From Emiliania huxleyi CCMP1516 (Eukaryota): a DNA stretch of 64,000 nucleotides. The number at the start of each line of letters is the position of its first letter. Within the stretch, counting starts at the first letter, position 1. Position numbers and translations under genes: made by a program. Below, in pieces: positions 31,160 through 48,444 of the stretch. Below the pieces are notes generated by a model, which was not told where the DNA came from, did no database searches, and saw nothing but the letters and a program-made list of their open reading frames with translations. Location of the stretch: contig NW_005202427.1 in the NCBI RefSeq assembly GCF_000372725.1, positions 558,001 to 622,000 on the forward strand. Direction: 5' to 3'.

Positions 31160-34125
31160 ATGCCGGACGAGACGGGAGACACCAGCTCCACCACAGGCGG
31201 GTTCCGGTGCTGGATCTGCCTAGACGATGAGGAGGACTCAACCGGGATGATCGCGCCCTGCGAGGCGCGTGGCAACACACGCTTCGCTGCACGCCCAAAG
31301 ACACGCCACCGCTGCGTCCGAGCCGCACGCGTCGCTAGACCGCTCACGCTCTGATCTCTGTCCCTCCCCTCGATCAAAGTGCGTCGGCACCAACCAGTTT
31401 GTGCACCAGCACTGCTTGGAGACGTACTGCTTGCAGTCGCTCGCTCGCCGCCCGTCGGCCAGCCTTTCGGTCGCGTGCCCCATCTGCCTCGCCGAGTACC
31501 GAATCGTGGAGCGGCCCGGCGCCCAGTCGGTCGGCTGGCGGGAGATGCTCAAGGTCGCATTGACGGACCAGCAGCTGCTGCTGCGGCACAGCCAGTTCCT
31601 GCTCCTGCTCTGCCCACTCGTCGTCTCTGTCTGCCTCACCTGGGCGTGGCTCGTGGCCCACCTCCAGGACGTGCACGCGCACGGCGACGGCGCGCGCGCC
31701 CTGCTTCCCTTGGCCCACTCCTCCGAGAGAGTGGGAGTGCCTTCCCTTCCCCGCAGGGCCTCCGCTGCTGGCCATGTCCAAGCCGCCCTTCTTGTCGCAC
31801 GAGCACGCCTCGGCGCTCCACTCCGCCGTCTCGATGCTGCCAGACTGTCTCGTCTCCGCCCTCCACGCGCTGCTGCAGGGCGCACACGAGCTGCTGCTGC
31901 AGCCGTCGTGGCAGGCGAGGCCCGGATTGCAATGCCCATAGCACACATGCACACGCACACGCACACGCGTAGAGCTGCCCCTGCGGCCCACGCCCAGCGA
32001 TGCGACGCTCGTGCGGCCCTCCCCTCCTCCCCACCTCCTCCACCCCTCTCGTGCGGCCCTCCCCTCCTCCCCACCTCCTCCACCCCTCTCGTGCGGCCCT
32101 CCCCTCCTCCCCACCTCCTCCACCCCTCTCGTGCGGCCCTCCCCTCCTCCCCACCTCCTCCACCCCTCTCGTGCGGCCCTCCCCTCCTCCCCTCCTCCTC
32201 AAACCCTCTCGGCAGGCCGCGTGGCGCTCGCTCGACGGCGAGGCGGCGCCTGACCTCGCTGCCGACGCGGCATCCTCTTCCGGCGGCGGCGACGGCTCCA
32301 GCCTCCCCCCTTTGCGGGGCCGTGCGGAGGGAGGGAGCGCCGCTCTGAGCCCCTCTGGGGTGGGGACGTACGTAGGCTCGCTCCTCCACCCGGCTGGCAC
32401 CTCCTGGACACCTCCTGGACACTTCCTGGACACCTCCTGGCTGGACACTTGCGTAGGCTCCCTCCTCCACCCGGCGGGCATCTCCCGGAAGTGGAGCCTG
32501 CTGTACGTCTGGCTGCAGTGCGCCCAGTGGCGCGCGGACCGAGAGCGAGAACGCCCCCCCCCCCCCTTCCCGCCTCCTTCCCGCCTCCCTCCCCGCCCCC
32601 CCCCTTCCCCCCTCACCTCCCCGCTCCTCTGCTCGGCGACCCGCGGGGTACGAAGTCCTCTCCTAGACACCTCCTAGACACCTCCTAGACACTTCCTAGA
32701 CACCTCCCAGACACCTCCCAGACACCTCCTTGCATCTTCCCCGGTGCCAGGTACAAGGTCCTCTGCTGGCTGCTCATCATCGTGCTCGGCGCTCGCACGG
32801 CCTCCTCCCCTCCGGTGCGGGGGAGTGTCTAGGAAGTGTCCTGGCAGTGTCTAGGCGGCTCCGACGGCCTCCTCCCCTCCGGCGCGCGCCAGTTGTTTCG
32901 CATCGAGGAGCTGCTCCTCGCGTCGGAGGCGCAATTAATTAATTAATTAATTAATTTTTAATTGGAGCTGCTCCTCGCATCGGAGGCGCGCGCGCAGCTC
33001 TTCGTCTTCGGGCAGGCGATTCCTAGACACTTCCTAGACACTTCCTAGACACTTCCCAGACACTTCCTAGACACCTCCCAGACACCTCTTAGACACTCCC
33101 TAGACACCCCCTAGACACCCCCTAGACACCCCCTAGACACCTCCCAGACACACAGCGGACAGCTCACTTGCTAGGCGGGCCCTTTCGTGCTCTGCAAGCT
33201 GCGCCACTTCTTCGTCACGTGCGAACACCGGGTACCGCGCCGGCTGTGAGCAGCGTCTCTTCACACCTGTTGCTGTGAACAGGTGGGCCGACCCGTACCG
33301 CGCCGTACAGCTCCTCTTCTACTCCCTCTTCACGTCCCATGTCGAGGCGACGCGGCCGCCGCCCCGGGACGCCCCCCAAATGGCCCCCCCCCCCCCCCCC
33401 TGCCACACCCCTCCCACCACACCACCCCTCCCACCACACCACCCCGCCGCCACCCTTGCGCCTGCCAGGTCTTCCTCACCGTCACCGTCGACACTATCGT
33501 CGCGGCCGCCCTGCTGCAAGACTGGCCCGCCACTCCCCCCTCACCCCCCTCCCGCCTCCCCCGCCTCCCTCCCCTTCCGTTCGTCGCTCTCCTCCCCACC
33601 CGACGCCGCGTCCTTCTCGGCCCACAGGCTGAGCTCTCTCGCCACCGACATCCGGCTGTGAACAGCGTCTCTTCACACCTCGAGCCGTGAACAGGCTCAG
33701 CTCTCTCGCCACCGACATCCGGCTGTGAACAGCGTCTCTTCACACCTCGAGCCGTGAACAGGCTCAGCTCTCTCGCCACCGACATCCGGCTGCGCCGCAG
33801 CCTCAATCGCATCAGGCGCCGTCTCGAGGCTGCTACGGGGGCAGAGCAGCTGGCGGAGGAGCATTCCTCACCCCACCGCCCTCTCCGACAGGTGCGGAGC
33901 CCTTGCGGTGGCGCCGAGCAGGCGCAGCGCGGCCGCCCCCCACACGCCTGCTCCGGTGGCGGCCAGCCGACCGCACGCGGAGTGAGGCTCGCGAGGTCGG
34001 CAGCGGGGAGCGGCCCGCGGGCACGCGGGGAGGAACCTGTATATGGCGGAATCCCGGTGGTGGTGTTGGTTGATGTATGTGCGATTGCCGGAGTGGGACA
34101 CGCGGTGCGTGCCCCTTCACCTTGA
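31160..34125 (+). CDS. MARCH-type RING-CH (RINGv) membrane E3 ligase, multi-exon; 3' end approximate
   Basis: CWICLDDEE...IAPCE|CVGTNQFVHQHCL...CPIC across a GC-AG intron at ~31266-31379, followed by several TM-like exons. Confidence 0.8.
33246..33282 (+). repeat. 37-bp intron-end cassette
   Basis: GTGAGCAGCGTCTCTTCACACCTGTTGCTGTGAACAG. Confidence 0.85.
33658..33761 (+). repeat. Two 37-bp intron-end cassettes (33658-33694, 33725-33761) within a 67-bp tandem unit
   Basis: GTGAACAGCGTCTCTTCACACCTCGAGCCGTGAACAG twice, alternating with three copies of a 30-bp exon segment. Confidence 0.9.
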
Positions 34126-34164
34126 AGAATGAAGTTCGTATATAGCGCCTGAAAGGAGGAGAGA

Positions 34165-34423
<259 letters not shown>

Positions 34424-35942
34424 ACGTCACTGCATCCTCTGCCGGTTCCTCCCGTCGCCTCTTCTTTGTGTTCGGAGGAGACGGAGGGGCGACACGCAGG
34501 AGGGGCGAAATCGCTAACGGCCCGAGCAGAGAGGGCGACGGCGGGGCACGAGGGAACAACGGAGACGCTACCGATGACGCGAACCGAGGCACGGACGACG
34601 GAGGGGACGGGGAGGGCGACAGCGACGTCGAGGTTGATGCAACGGTATCGAGAGCGCCACCCAAAAGGAAGCGGACAACCATGGAGGTCACCGAACCCCT
34701 CTCGCCCGCACCCTTCACCTACCACGTCGCCTCCGCCCTCTCCGCCGGTGCCTGAGTCACTCCCCCCCTGCCGCGTCTCTTGCCGCCCGCGCTCGCCCGC
34801 GCACTCGCCGAAGGCGGAAGCGACGCCGGCCAGAGCACAGCAGCGGCGCGGAAGTCTCGGCCGCCACCGGCACCCCGCCTCCCCCAAGCACCGCGTCCGC
34901 CTGCGCCGCCTGCAGCGCACGGCCCGCCCGGTCCAACGCATCGCTCTCCGCAAAATGGCATTGCGCACAGCGGCATGGCCGCAACGCACGATCAGGGCCA
35001 GTAGCAAATGGGACCCGACGAGCTGACCACTAGCGCCACCCTCGTGCCTCTCTGCCCTCCGAGCCCTCCGAGCCCTCCGAGCTCTCCACCCCTCCCGAGC
35101 CCCACCCCTCGCGCTAGGGACCCTCTTGCCGGACGACACCCTCCGAGCCCTCCAAGCCCCCCGAGCCCTCCAGACCCCTCCATCCGCACAGCCCCTCCGG
35201 CCCCTCTAGCCCCCTCCGACCCCTCCAGCCCTCTCTAGCCCACTGGACCCCTCCCACGCCTCGCTTTTGGCCAGCCCTCCAAGCCCCCACCCCTCCTGGG
35301 CCCTGCCGCCTGACACCTCTATCGGTGGAGGGCTTTAGGTCACGGTCCACACTCCCGCCCTCCCGACCCCTCCACACCCCTACAGCGGCACCCCTACCCC
35401 TCCCGCCGTTTTAGGGCCTCCTGACCCGCACTCGCCTCCTCTCCCTCCTCCCATCTGCCTCCTCTCCCTCCTCCACGCCGCCTCCCCCCCCCCGAGCCGT
35501 GGCCGAGCCTCCTCCCGAGCCACTGGATCAAGCAGACGCCCGGGCCCTCGACCGCCCCCTCGCCCTCGGGGCCCGCAGGTCGACTTCCCGCCCACCCTCG
35601 ACGCGGAGCTCGCAGCTGGGCTCGAGCAGCTCTTGCCGCCCGCCGGGCCGTCTGACATCCGCATAGACTGAGATGCGGTGCCCCCCATATGAGGCCTGGC
35701 CGCTCAGGGCGAGAGGGGGAGCAGCCTCGGTGCTGCGCCGCTGCCTTTGCGGCTCCTCCAGCCTCGGCGCCGCCCCTCGCCGCGCCGCGTGAGGGCGGCA
35801 GGCTCCGCCCTCTGCGCCTTGCAGGCGTGAGGGCAGCGCGCGCCCGCGAGCCCCGTTGTTGCACACCGGACTGTGTTCATCATGTTGGAACGTCTGCTTT
35901 GGCTGAAACATGCATTTGGCGCGGGCAGGCCGCAGCCCAGCC

Positions 35943-38762
35943 ATGTCCAGCTCCGGGTCAGGAAAACGTGGTCCCTTCCGGGTCGGAAACACCCGCTCTA
36001 CATTCTCTGACCCAGTGATCTCGACGGACGACAGCGAGGACTCCACCGACAACTGGAACCAGGAAGAGAGCGAGAGCTCCGTTTCGATTGGTGGCGGGAG
36101 TGCGGCGCCGGCGCCCATCGGCGGCGGGGTGTTTGGGGGCAGCAGCAGTGCGTCTGCTCCAGCCCCCGCGGCTGGTGGCTTTGTGCCGAACGCCTGCGCC
36201 GGCGTCGGCTTCAGCATGCCCGCCGCGGGTGGCGGCGGCGAGGAGGACGAGGGCGGTGGGACCAGTGCGGGCGCGGGCGCGGGCACCAGCAGCCTCTTCC
36301 CCACAGGCGTCGGAGCCGGTGGCATGCCGGCGGCGCCGGCTGCTTCCTCCTCTTCCACGCCTTCGCTCGGCGGCACCCGCGCGGCTTCGCCCTTTGGCGC
36401 TGCATCATTGGCGGCAAACCCATTCGAGAGCAGCGTGCCAACGTTTGGCGCCGCCGTGGCGCCGGGCTCGTCAGGCGCTTCCGGTAGCCTCTGGAGTGCG
36501 GGAGGCTTGTTCGGAGCACCTGCGGCGGCGGCGCCCGCCGCTCCGGTGCCAACGGGGGATCTCTTTGGGGCGATCGCCGCAGCAGGTGGGGATCTCTTTG
36601 GGGCTGCTGCGGCGCTGGCCAGCCCCGCGGGGCTTAAGCTGCTCGCGGCGGCCGCGCGCGACGATGTCGCTGCTGTGCGCAGCGCCCTCGAGGAGGGCGC
36701 CAACGTCGAGACCACTGGCGAAGGCGGCAACACCGCGCTGCACTGGGCGGCACGAGATGGCCGGCCAGCGTGCGTCAAGCTGCTGCTCGAGGCCAAGGCG
36801 TTCCCGGACGCGCGCAACGCGCTCTGGGTGACGCCGCTGATGGCCTCTTCGGCGAATGGGTGGGACGATTGCGTCGAGCTCCTCCTCGGCTTCGGCGCCG
36901 ACACGGCGGCCCGGACGCTGAAGGGGCGGCTCGCGCGCGACTTTGCGGCGGACGGGCTCCGCCAGGCGACGGCCGAGGCGCAGCCCCGCTTCAAGCTGGT
37001 CCTCGAGCACCTCGGGGAGATCTCAACACCCGCCGCCGCGCCCGCGCCCGCCACGGCTGTGTTTGGGAGCCGGAGCAGCGTGCCAACGTTTGGCGCCGCC
37101 GTGGCGCCGGGCGCGGCTGGCAGCGTTGGTGCCGGCGCCAAGGCGACGACGCCGTCTGGCGGTGGCGGCGGCGGCAGCTTCACTTCTGGAGGGGCCGCAG
37201 CTCCGTCCGCGCCTTCCTTCTCCTTCGCCCCACAGGCGTCCGCTCCGGCGCCGAGCGCCGCCGCCTCATTCATTTTCACGCCAAAGTCTTCTCTCACCGA
37301 TTCAGCGCCCGCGCCGTTCAGCTTCGCCAAGCCTCCGACAGCGTCGCCTTTCTCCTTCGCGGCGCCGGTCGGCCCGGCTCCAGCAGCGCCGGCGCCGGCG
37401 CCCGCTGCTCCCTTCTCCTTCGCCCCCCAGAACCCGGCGCCGCTGGCCCGGGCCCCACCCGCCGCCACCAAGGCTGCCGCGCCCAGCGCGGCCGCGTCAG
37501 AGGACCTGATCAACGCGGCCGAGATGGGCGACCACGACGCGCTCGTCAAGGCAATCGGCGACGACACCCAAGTCGGACATCTTCTCGCTCGGGGTGACGC
37601 TCTTCGACGCGCTGCTGTGCGGAGCCGGTGGCCTCCCCAAGACGGGCACCGGCGTGCTCGACCTCGAGCGAATGCGCGGCGGCTCATCCGGCCCGTGCGA
37701 CCTCACCCTGGCGTACCCCGGAGGGGGAGAGGACCTAGCGGCGCTCCTACGGCAGATGCTCTCGCCGGAGCAGCAAGACCGGCCGACAGCGGCGGAGGTG
37801 GCGGACCGGCTGAGTGCGCAGCTCAACCAGCGGACCTGCCTCTTGTGCCACTGCCCCTACCCTCGCGATGAGGGCCTCGCGTGCCCCGTCGCCGGCGCCG
37901 CGCACTTTACCTGCGACGGCTGCATGGCGGCGCACGTGGCGCAGGCCGACTCGCTGGGCGGCGACGCGTTCGACCGGATCGTTTGCTGCGACAAGCGGTA
38001 CACTGGCTGCACCGGCAGCTTCTCTTGGCAGGAGGTGATGGGGCACGTGGACGCGCTCTCTGCCGAGACGCTCCGCAAGCACCTCAGAGACGCGGTGGCG
38101 GTCCAGCAGCGCGAGGCGATCGAGGCCGAGTTCAAGCAGCGCGAGGCGGAGAGGGAGGCGCGGTCAGAGGTGGAGAGGGAGGCGCTCAAGGCGAGGCGCC
38201 ATATCGAGGAGGACATCATGGCGCTCAAGTGTCCTCGGTGCGGGCAGTGTTTTGGCGCATTTGAGGGGTGCGCTGCGCTCACTTGCTCGCGCGCGACCTG
38301 CAAGGCGGGCTGCCGAAGCCACCTGGATACCGGGTACAGTATGTGATCACGAGTGAGGAGTACACCACGTAGGCGGGCTTCTGTGCTTTTTGCCTCGAGG
38401 ACTGCGGCAGGGACGCGCATCAGCACGTGCCAGTCTGCAGCCTCAACCCGAGTCGCTCTCACTACATCGACGTGGCGGACTGGAAGCGCATTGTAGATGG
38501 CGAGCGGGGCCGCAAGCTGGAGGAGTACTGGTGCGGCTTGGCCGTCGAGGTGCAGGAGAAGCTCGCGACGGATGGCTGCGTGCGGCAGATCTTGCGCGAG
38601 CTTCGCCTCGGGCGCCTCTGTGCCACGACGACGAGCCGCTTCGCAGCAGGCCTCGTGCAGTTGCGCGGTATGGGCTTCTCGGACGAGCGAAAGATGCGGA
38701 CGATGCTCGACACGTACGAAGGGAACGTTGAACGGGCTGCCGAAGCACTGGCTTCTGCATGA
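35943..38762 (+). pseudogene. Ankyrin + FG/FxF low-complexity region joined out of frame to kinase C-lobe + RBR-like zinc fingers + UBA
   Basis: GNTALHWAARDG ankyrins. Frame switch at ~37560 into TPKSDIFSLGVTL...LLRQMLSPEQQDRPTAAEV (kinase IX-XI). KCPRC...CAALTC...C.AGFCAFC across GC-AG intron 38305-38372. QLRGMGF...GNVERA (UBA). Confidence 0.75.
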
Positions 38763-38777
38763 CGTGTGTACGGTACG

Positions 38778-39500
38778 TTACGACCAAATCGCTGTTTGTA
38801 CCTCGAGGAAGTTCTGCTTGCCGCCAACCCTCACCTTCAGCTGGTACTTCTTGCTGCCCCTCTGCTTCGGGCAGAAGGTCACGCCCCTATAGCCACTGTT
38901 GCTGCCGTGCTCATAGCCAGTGTGAGGCCCTCCCTCCCCGCCTGCCGGACAGCTGCGGCGCCAGCAGCAGAGGACGGCGCGGGTGGTGGCAGCGGCGGCG
39001 GCGGCGGCGCGGTGAGATCGCTGGTGTCCCTGCCCGCCTCCCTGCGGGCGTAGAAGAGCGCAGCCTGCTCGGCGGTGGCGAAGCGGCCGAGGAAGACTTT
39101 CTTGCCTCCAACCGTCACGTTCAACTGGTACTTCTTGCTGCTCGGGCAGAAGGTCACGCCTTTGTAGCCGCTGTTGCTGCTGCTGCTGGTGGTGAGCGAC
39201 AAGCCCTCCCTCGCCGCCTGCCGTATCGCTTCGGCGCCAGCGGCAGTGGGAGCAGCGCGAGGCTGCAGCAGCTTTGCGGCGTCGGCGCGGCCGTACTCTG
39301 ACCGAGCGTAGGCGACGGCCGCCTCTTCGGCGGTGTTGAAGAGGCCGAGATGGACACACTTGCCGCCATCCTTCACCTCCACTTTCTTTACACTGGCGGC
39401 TGAAGAACACGCACTTGTAGCGGTAGCCAGTCGCGCTGTTTTTGGTAGTGGCTGGGATCAACACGAGGCGCTCGGACGCTGTGTCCCGCGACGAGTTCGC
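38778..39500 (-). pseudogene. Degenerate tandem AP2-like DNA-binding domains (about 3)
   Basis: SNSGYKGV...YQLNVTVGGKKVFLGRFATAEQAALFYAR and HLGLFNTAEEAAVAYAR; frameshifts between units; third unit truncated. Confidence 0.75.
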
Positions 39501-40165
39501 GCAGGGCGTCATTGTGTCACAAAAGAATTTTACATCCTCGACACTGGGCACGGACTGGCGGTGGCGCGCGCTGGCACTAACACAGGTACACCACGGGAGC
39601 CGCCAAGCGACTCCTGCGCGAGGACGGCGAGGCACAAAAGATTTTTACAAGGGCACTAGGCACGGGACTGGGAGAGAGATTTCTGTTCTCTCTCTTATAA
39701 TATACATTTACTAAGTTAAAGCTCCGTGCGTACAAAAACCGACACCGCACAGAGCCGCCCCCGCGCCGCGGCGCACCTCCAGCTCCACACACCATTTCCC
39801 GGCACCGTTACTGCGCGCGGCCGACACCGTGGCGGCTAGTTTACGCCCACTCTGACGGTACGGATGCACAGAGTACGAAAGCCGGATCGAACGTTCGTCG
39901 CTGTATCCGCGTCGCGCCGCTCTGCGGCGTCTTGGGCGACGAGACCTTGGGGCGACGAGACCCGGCCCGCGACTGGGCGGGCTCACGTGTGCGACTGCTG
40001 AGGGGCGGCCGGGCGGGAAGAAAAACAACGCCTCCCGCCGCCGCCGCAGCGCCTCCCGCCGCCGCAGCGCCTCACTCCGGAGGCCCTCACTCCCGCTCCT
40101 CGCCCGGCCCGCCTCCTCCGCCGACGCCTCCTCCTGCCCCCGCCACGCCGGCCGCCGTCGCGGCC

Positions 40166-44223
<4,058 letters not shown>

Positions 44224-44352
44224 GGTGGTAGAACGTGCGTCGGGTAAGCGGGCCGAAGACGGCTCACTCTCGACCGGGTTCTGGGGACGCCGACCAAGTC
44301 GTTGTGGGACGCAGTTTTTCTCTTTTTGTCAATAGAGAAGTGGAATCCCGTG

Positions 44353-47300
44353 TGTGTGTGTGTCTCTCTCTCTCTCTCTCTGTGTGTACTTGTTACGTGA
44401 AAACCCGCTGGGACCCGGGCGCCAGCACACACGGCTAGATTTCATGGCGGGCCGCCTAGGCCCTGGGGTCGGAGGCAGAGTCGGTGGGGGTGCCGCGCGC
44501 GGCGCGGGCTTCGCTGTCGGGGGCGTTTAGGGCGGGGTCGGGGAAGGAGGGTGGGGTCGGTCGCATTGGCGGCCGCGCGGCAGTGGCTGCGAGGGGGGCG
44601 GGAGGAGGTGGTGGCGCCGACCGCAATGGCGGCCGAGGACCCGACGTCGAGCGCCGGGCGAGATCGCGAGGGTCGAGGGTGAGCTCGAAGCCGAGGGCGG
44701 CGGCCGAGTTCTGGATGGTGAGGGCGTCGGCGGTGACGATGGCGGCGGAGATGGCGGCGGAGTGGAAGGTGTAGTGTGAGCGGGTGGACGCGCGAGAGGT
44801 GCCATACGGCGTGTGGTCAATGGACCCACTAGCGCGTGCGGTCCTCGCAAGCCGGCGGAGGACGCGATCGAGGTCGGCGGAGAATGCTCCGGTCGACTCG
44901 GTCACGAGGAGGATGACCGTGTGGCCCTTGGCGAGGGCGTCGGCATAATCGCCGTCCTTCGCTGCCACCCATCCGTCGCCGCTGACGCGGTCCAACTGCT
45001 CCTCCGTGTCCGGGTCACCCCGTTGGGGGTGGCCGAGAACGACGACGGAGAGGTGCTCCTCAGTGTTGCCAAGTGCGATGAAGTGCCCGTCGGCACGGGA
45101 GGCGGCGCCTCCGCAGCGAGCAGAGCCGTTGCCCTTTGCGCCGGAGGGGAGGAACGGAGTGTAGCACTTGAACTCCCAGCACGTGGTCGTGGAGCCAAAG
45201 CGGATCATGTCTGGGATGTGTCCCTTGTTGACGTGGGCGTAGTAGCCCCTCCGCTCAGCCTTGGAGGCGGGGGTCCCGTCGCCCTTATCGGCCAGCTGGA
45301 TCGAGCCAACTGGCAGGGCGTCGCTCGTGACGCTGGTGAGCGCACGGTGGACGGCTGCAAGTGCGGCGTTGTGGCGGTGGGTGGCGTTGGCGGAATTGAG
45401 GCAATGGTCGCCGAGGCGTTGGTGCTGGGTGACGGTAACGCCGCGCTCCTCGAGCGCGTTGTACACGTCATCGAGGGCGGTAAGGTAGAGGCCGAGGCGG
45501 TGCTGGCACGCCGAGAGGAAGGTGTCGGAGGGGATGATGGAGCGAGGCACTGTGGCATCGGGCAGGCGGAGCAGCCAAGCTCCCGAGCCCACCTGCGAGT
45601 GGCTGATGAGGGAGGTGGCCTCCCGGTGCGGCACGGTGGCGCCGGCGTTGTGGGAATCGAAGGAGTCGCACGCGTCCTTGGCGACCAGCCACGCGCCGTT
45701 GTTGACGACAGCCGACAGCGAGTGCTGTGAGAGGCACGAGGAAGATGTGCCGTCGGCGTCACCCAACAGGGCGGCGAGGGGCGGAAGCTGGAAGCCGCGC
45801 TTGAGGTGCGGGTGGTAGGCGGAGCGTGTGGCGCCGTCGACCCAGTGACGAACCTGTTCGTCGAGGGCGGCGTGGCGGGTGCGTACATCGGCGAGGGCGG
45901 AGTCGATGACGCCGTGAGCGGCGACGAGAGCGGTGGCGGTGGCGGTGTTTGGGGGGGTAAGGGACATCTCCCCGAGCGCAGGGTAGACCCTGGCGCACGC
46001 CCTCTGGGAGGTGACGGCGGAGGCGAGGAAGCTGGGGAATCGGCGGCGAGCGTAGTCGGACATGCCAATGCCGCCATTCTTGCCCGTCTGCTTCGCGCGG
46101 GTGCGCGCGAGGGCCGCTCTGTCGCCAGGGCTGCGGCCGAAGTCAAGGATGAGGGCGGCGGCGTTGCCGGTCGCCTCATCGGCGAAGGCGGCGGCGCCCT
46201 CGGTCTGGGTTGGGGGCATCGTGCGCATCCAGTGGTTTGGGATCGAGCAGGCGCAGAGGCGAACGAGCTGCAGCTGGAGCAGTCGGGCGTGCCTAACGCG
46301 GCCCGAGTCCCTCATCCTGACAATGTAGGAGAGCGGCTTCTCGAGCTTGGCCCGCATGAGCTCGAGGAGCGCGCTAGCGCATGCGTCGCCGTCGCCCAAG
46401 AAGGTGCCGCCGACTTTGAAGACAGTCAGGCGCCGGCGCAGGCGCTCTTGGCGGGCGGGATCGCTGGCGTCGACATAGTTGGGCGAGCCGGGTATGTCGG
46501 CTGGCGCGGCGGAGAGGTTGCCCGCCGAAGAGTAGAGGTTGGTCTTCGGGAGGCAAGAGTCGAGGTTGCAGTCGCGCTTGCAGAGGCGACGCTTGTCGTT
46601 GTAGCACTTGAAGAGGGGCGGTATGCCGCTGTCGTCGCTCTCAGTGGAGAGGGACGACATGCGACCCATGTCGTCGTCGCCGCCGTCGCCCTCGGCGGAG
46701 GGGGGAATCATCGATCCCGACGCGTAGAAGTCGTCGGCGGTGGCGGTCATGTCGACGTCCGGGTTGAGGCGTTGGCACTCGCGGCAGCTCTCGTGCATGG
46801 CGCCGACACACAAGATGGTGGCGCCCCCGTCGCCCTGGCATCCGCCATCGACGGAGCGCAAGACGTGCTGGGAACGGTGGTCCCCAAGCACGGCGCGTCC
46901 GTCGGGGCCAAAGTTGACGGGGACGGTGGAGCCGCCAAACCATATTTTCGCAGCAGTGGCCGCGACGGAGTAGTAGAAGAAGCGGAAGATGGCGAGGAGG
47001 GACGGAAAGCGTCTCCGCAGGAAGGCGAATCCCGCCCAGCGGCTCGTCCACTGGTACATGGCGGAGATGTCGTCGGAGACGATGCCGTGGCGTGGCGCGT
47101 GCTCGGTCCAGCCTCGGACGAGGCGGGCAAGTTTCTCCGTTCCCTTGGAGGAGAAGCACCAGTTGGTGACAAACTTGAGCGGGCGGGAGGCGGCGGCGAG
47201 GGCGTCCCTGGCAGCAGCGAGGGCGGCGGCGGTGCGGCTGGCGCGCGCGCGCAGGCCTGCGGCGGACGGATCGTTGCCGGAGACGGCGGTGGCAGCCTCG

Positions 47301-48400
47301 TGCTGCAGCTCGGCGGCGAGGACGTCCGCCTCGGCGGTGTCAATGCGGCGCTGATGGTCCTGCACGTCCTCGGGGGCGGGCTCGGTGAAGTTGCGTTCGA
47401 ACCCTTTGCGGCAAGCGCGATTGATTATTGCCCAGAGTAGACAGCGCCACTTCTCGCACATGCCGAGGGGCCGACGGCCTTTGATCTCGCCGGTCAAAGG
47501 GCAGACTTTGGCGGCGAGGGCGGCGCGGATGCCGCCGGCGAGGAGGTCGCGGGCAGTCGCCCCATGTGTGTGAGAAACCGCCAATGGCCGTTATCCGTTA
47601 GTGCGGACGTCGCCGCGGCTCGCCTCTGCCGCGGCGGCTGCTGCGCGCACGCGGCGGCGCCGCTCTCTCGCGAGACGGCTGGCGACGCGGCTCGCCGCCG
47701 ACGTACGGTGCGCTCGTCCGACGGTCCGCAGCGTGGCGTGCGCGGCGCTGAGCGCCGCTCTGCGAGCGCCTCTGCGCCTGCACTGCCTGTCTCTGTTGCT
47801 GTTGGTGGTGGTGGTGCTGCTGCTGCTGGTGCCGATGCTGCTGCTGGCGCGGCGCGGCTGTGCGACTGGGCTCGACGCGCGCGTCGCGAGCGTCTGACGC
47901 GGCGGGCGGCGTCGGGCAGGTGCGCTTCCCTCTCGGGTGGTGGTGGTGGTGCTGCTGCTGCTGCTGGTGGTGCAGATGCTGCTGCTGGTGCGGCGCGGCT
48001 CTCCGACGCGACTCGATGCGCGCGTCGCGGCTATCTGACGCGGCGGGCGGCGTCGCGGGCGGCAGCGGTGGCGGCTCGCGGGTGGAGGTGGAGGCTGGAG
48101 GCGTGGTGGGTCTTTGAGTTTATTTCATGATGGACTACGAGGAGTGGGGGTCAACCGGGAGGCAGGGGGTTCGACCTGGCGACGGAGGACCGTGGGCCAT
48201 CGCGGGGACGGGTCCGTCCGGAGGGCGAACCCGGCAGATCCGGATGGTCTTCACGCCGGTGGGTGGCACCGAGGCGTCTTGGACGCTCAGCTCTACCTTA
48301 AGCTCCTGAGGGGCGCGTGGTTGTAACCACGTAGTAGGACTACAGCCCACCACAGACACCCTCCCCCACTCCTCACGTGTGTTCACACCCTCACCCTCTC

Positions 48401-48444
<44 letters not shown>

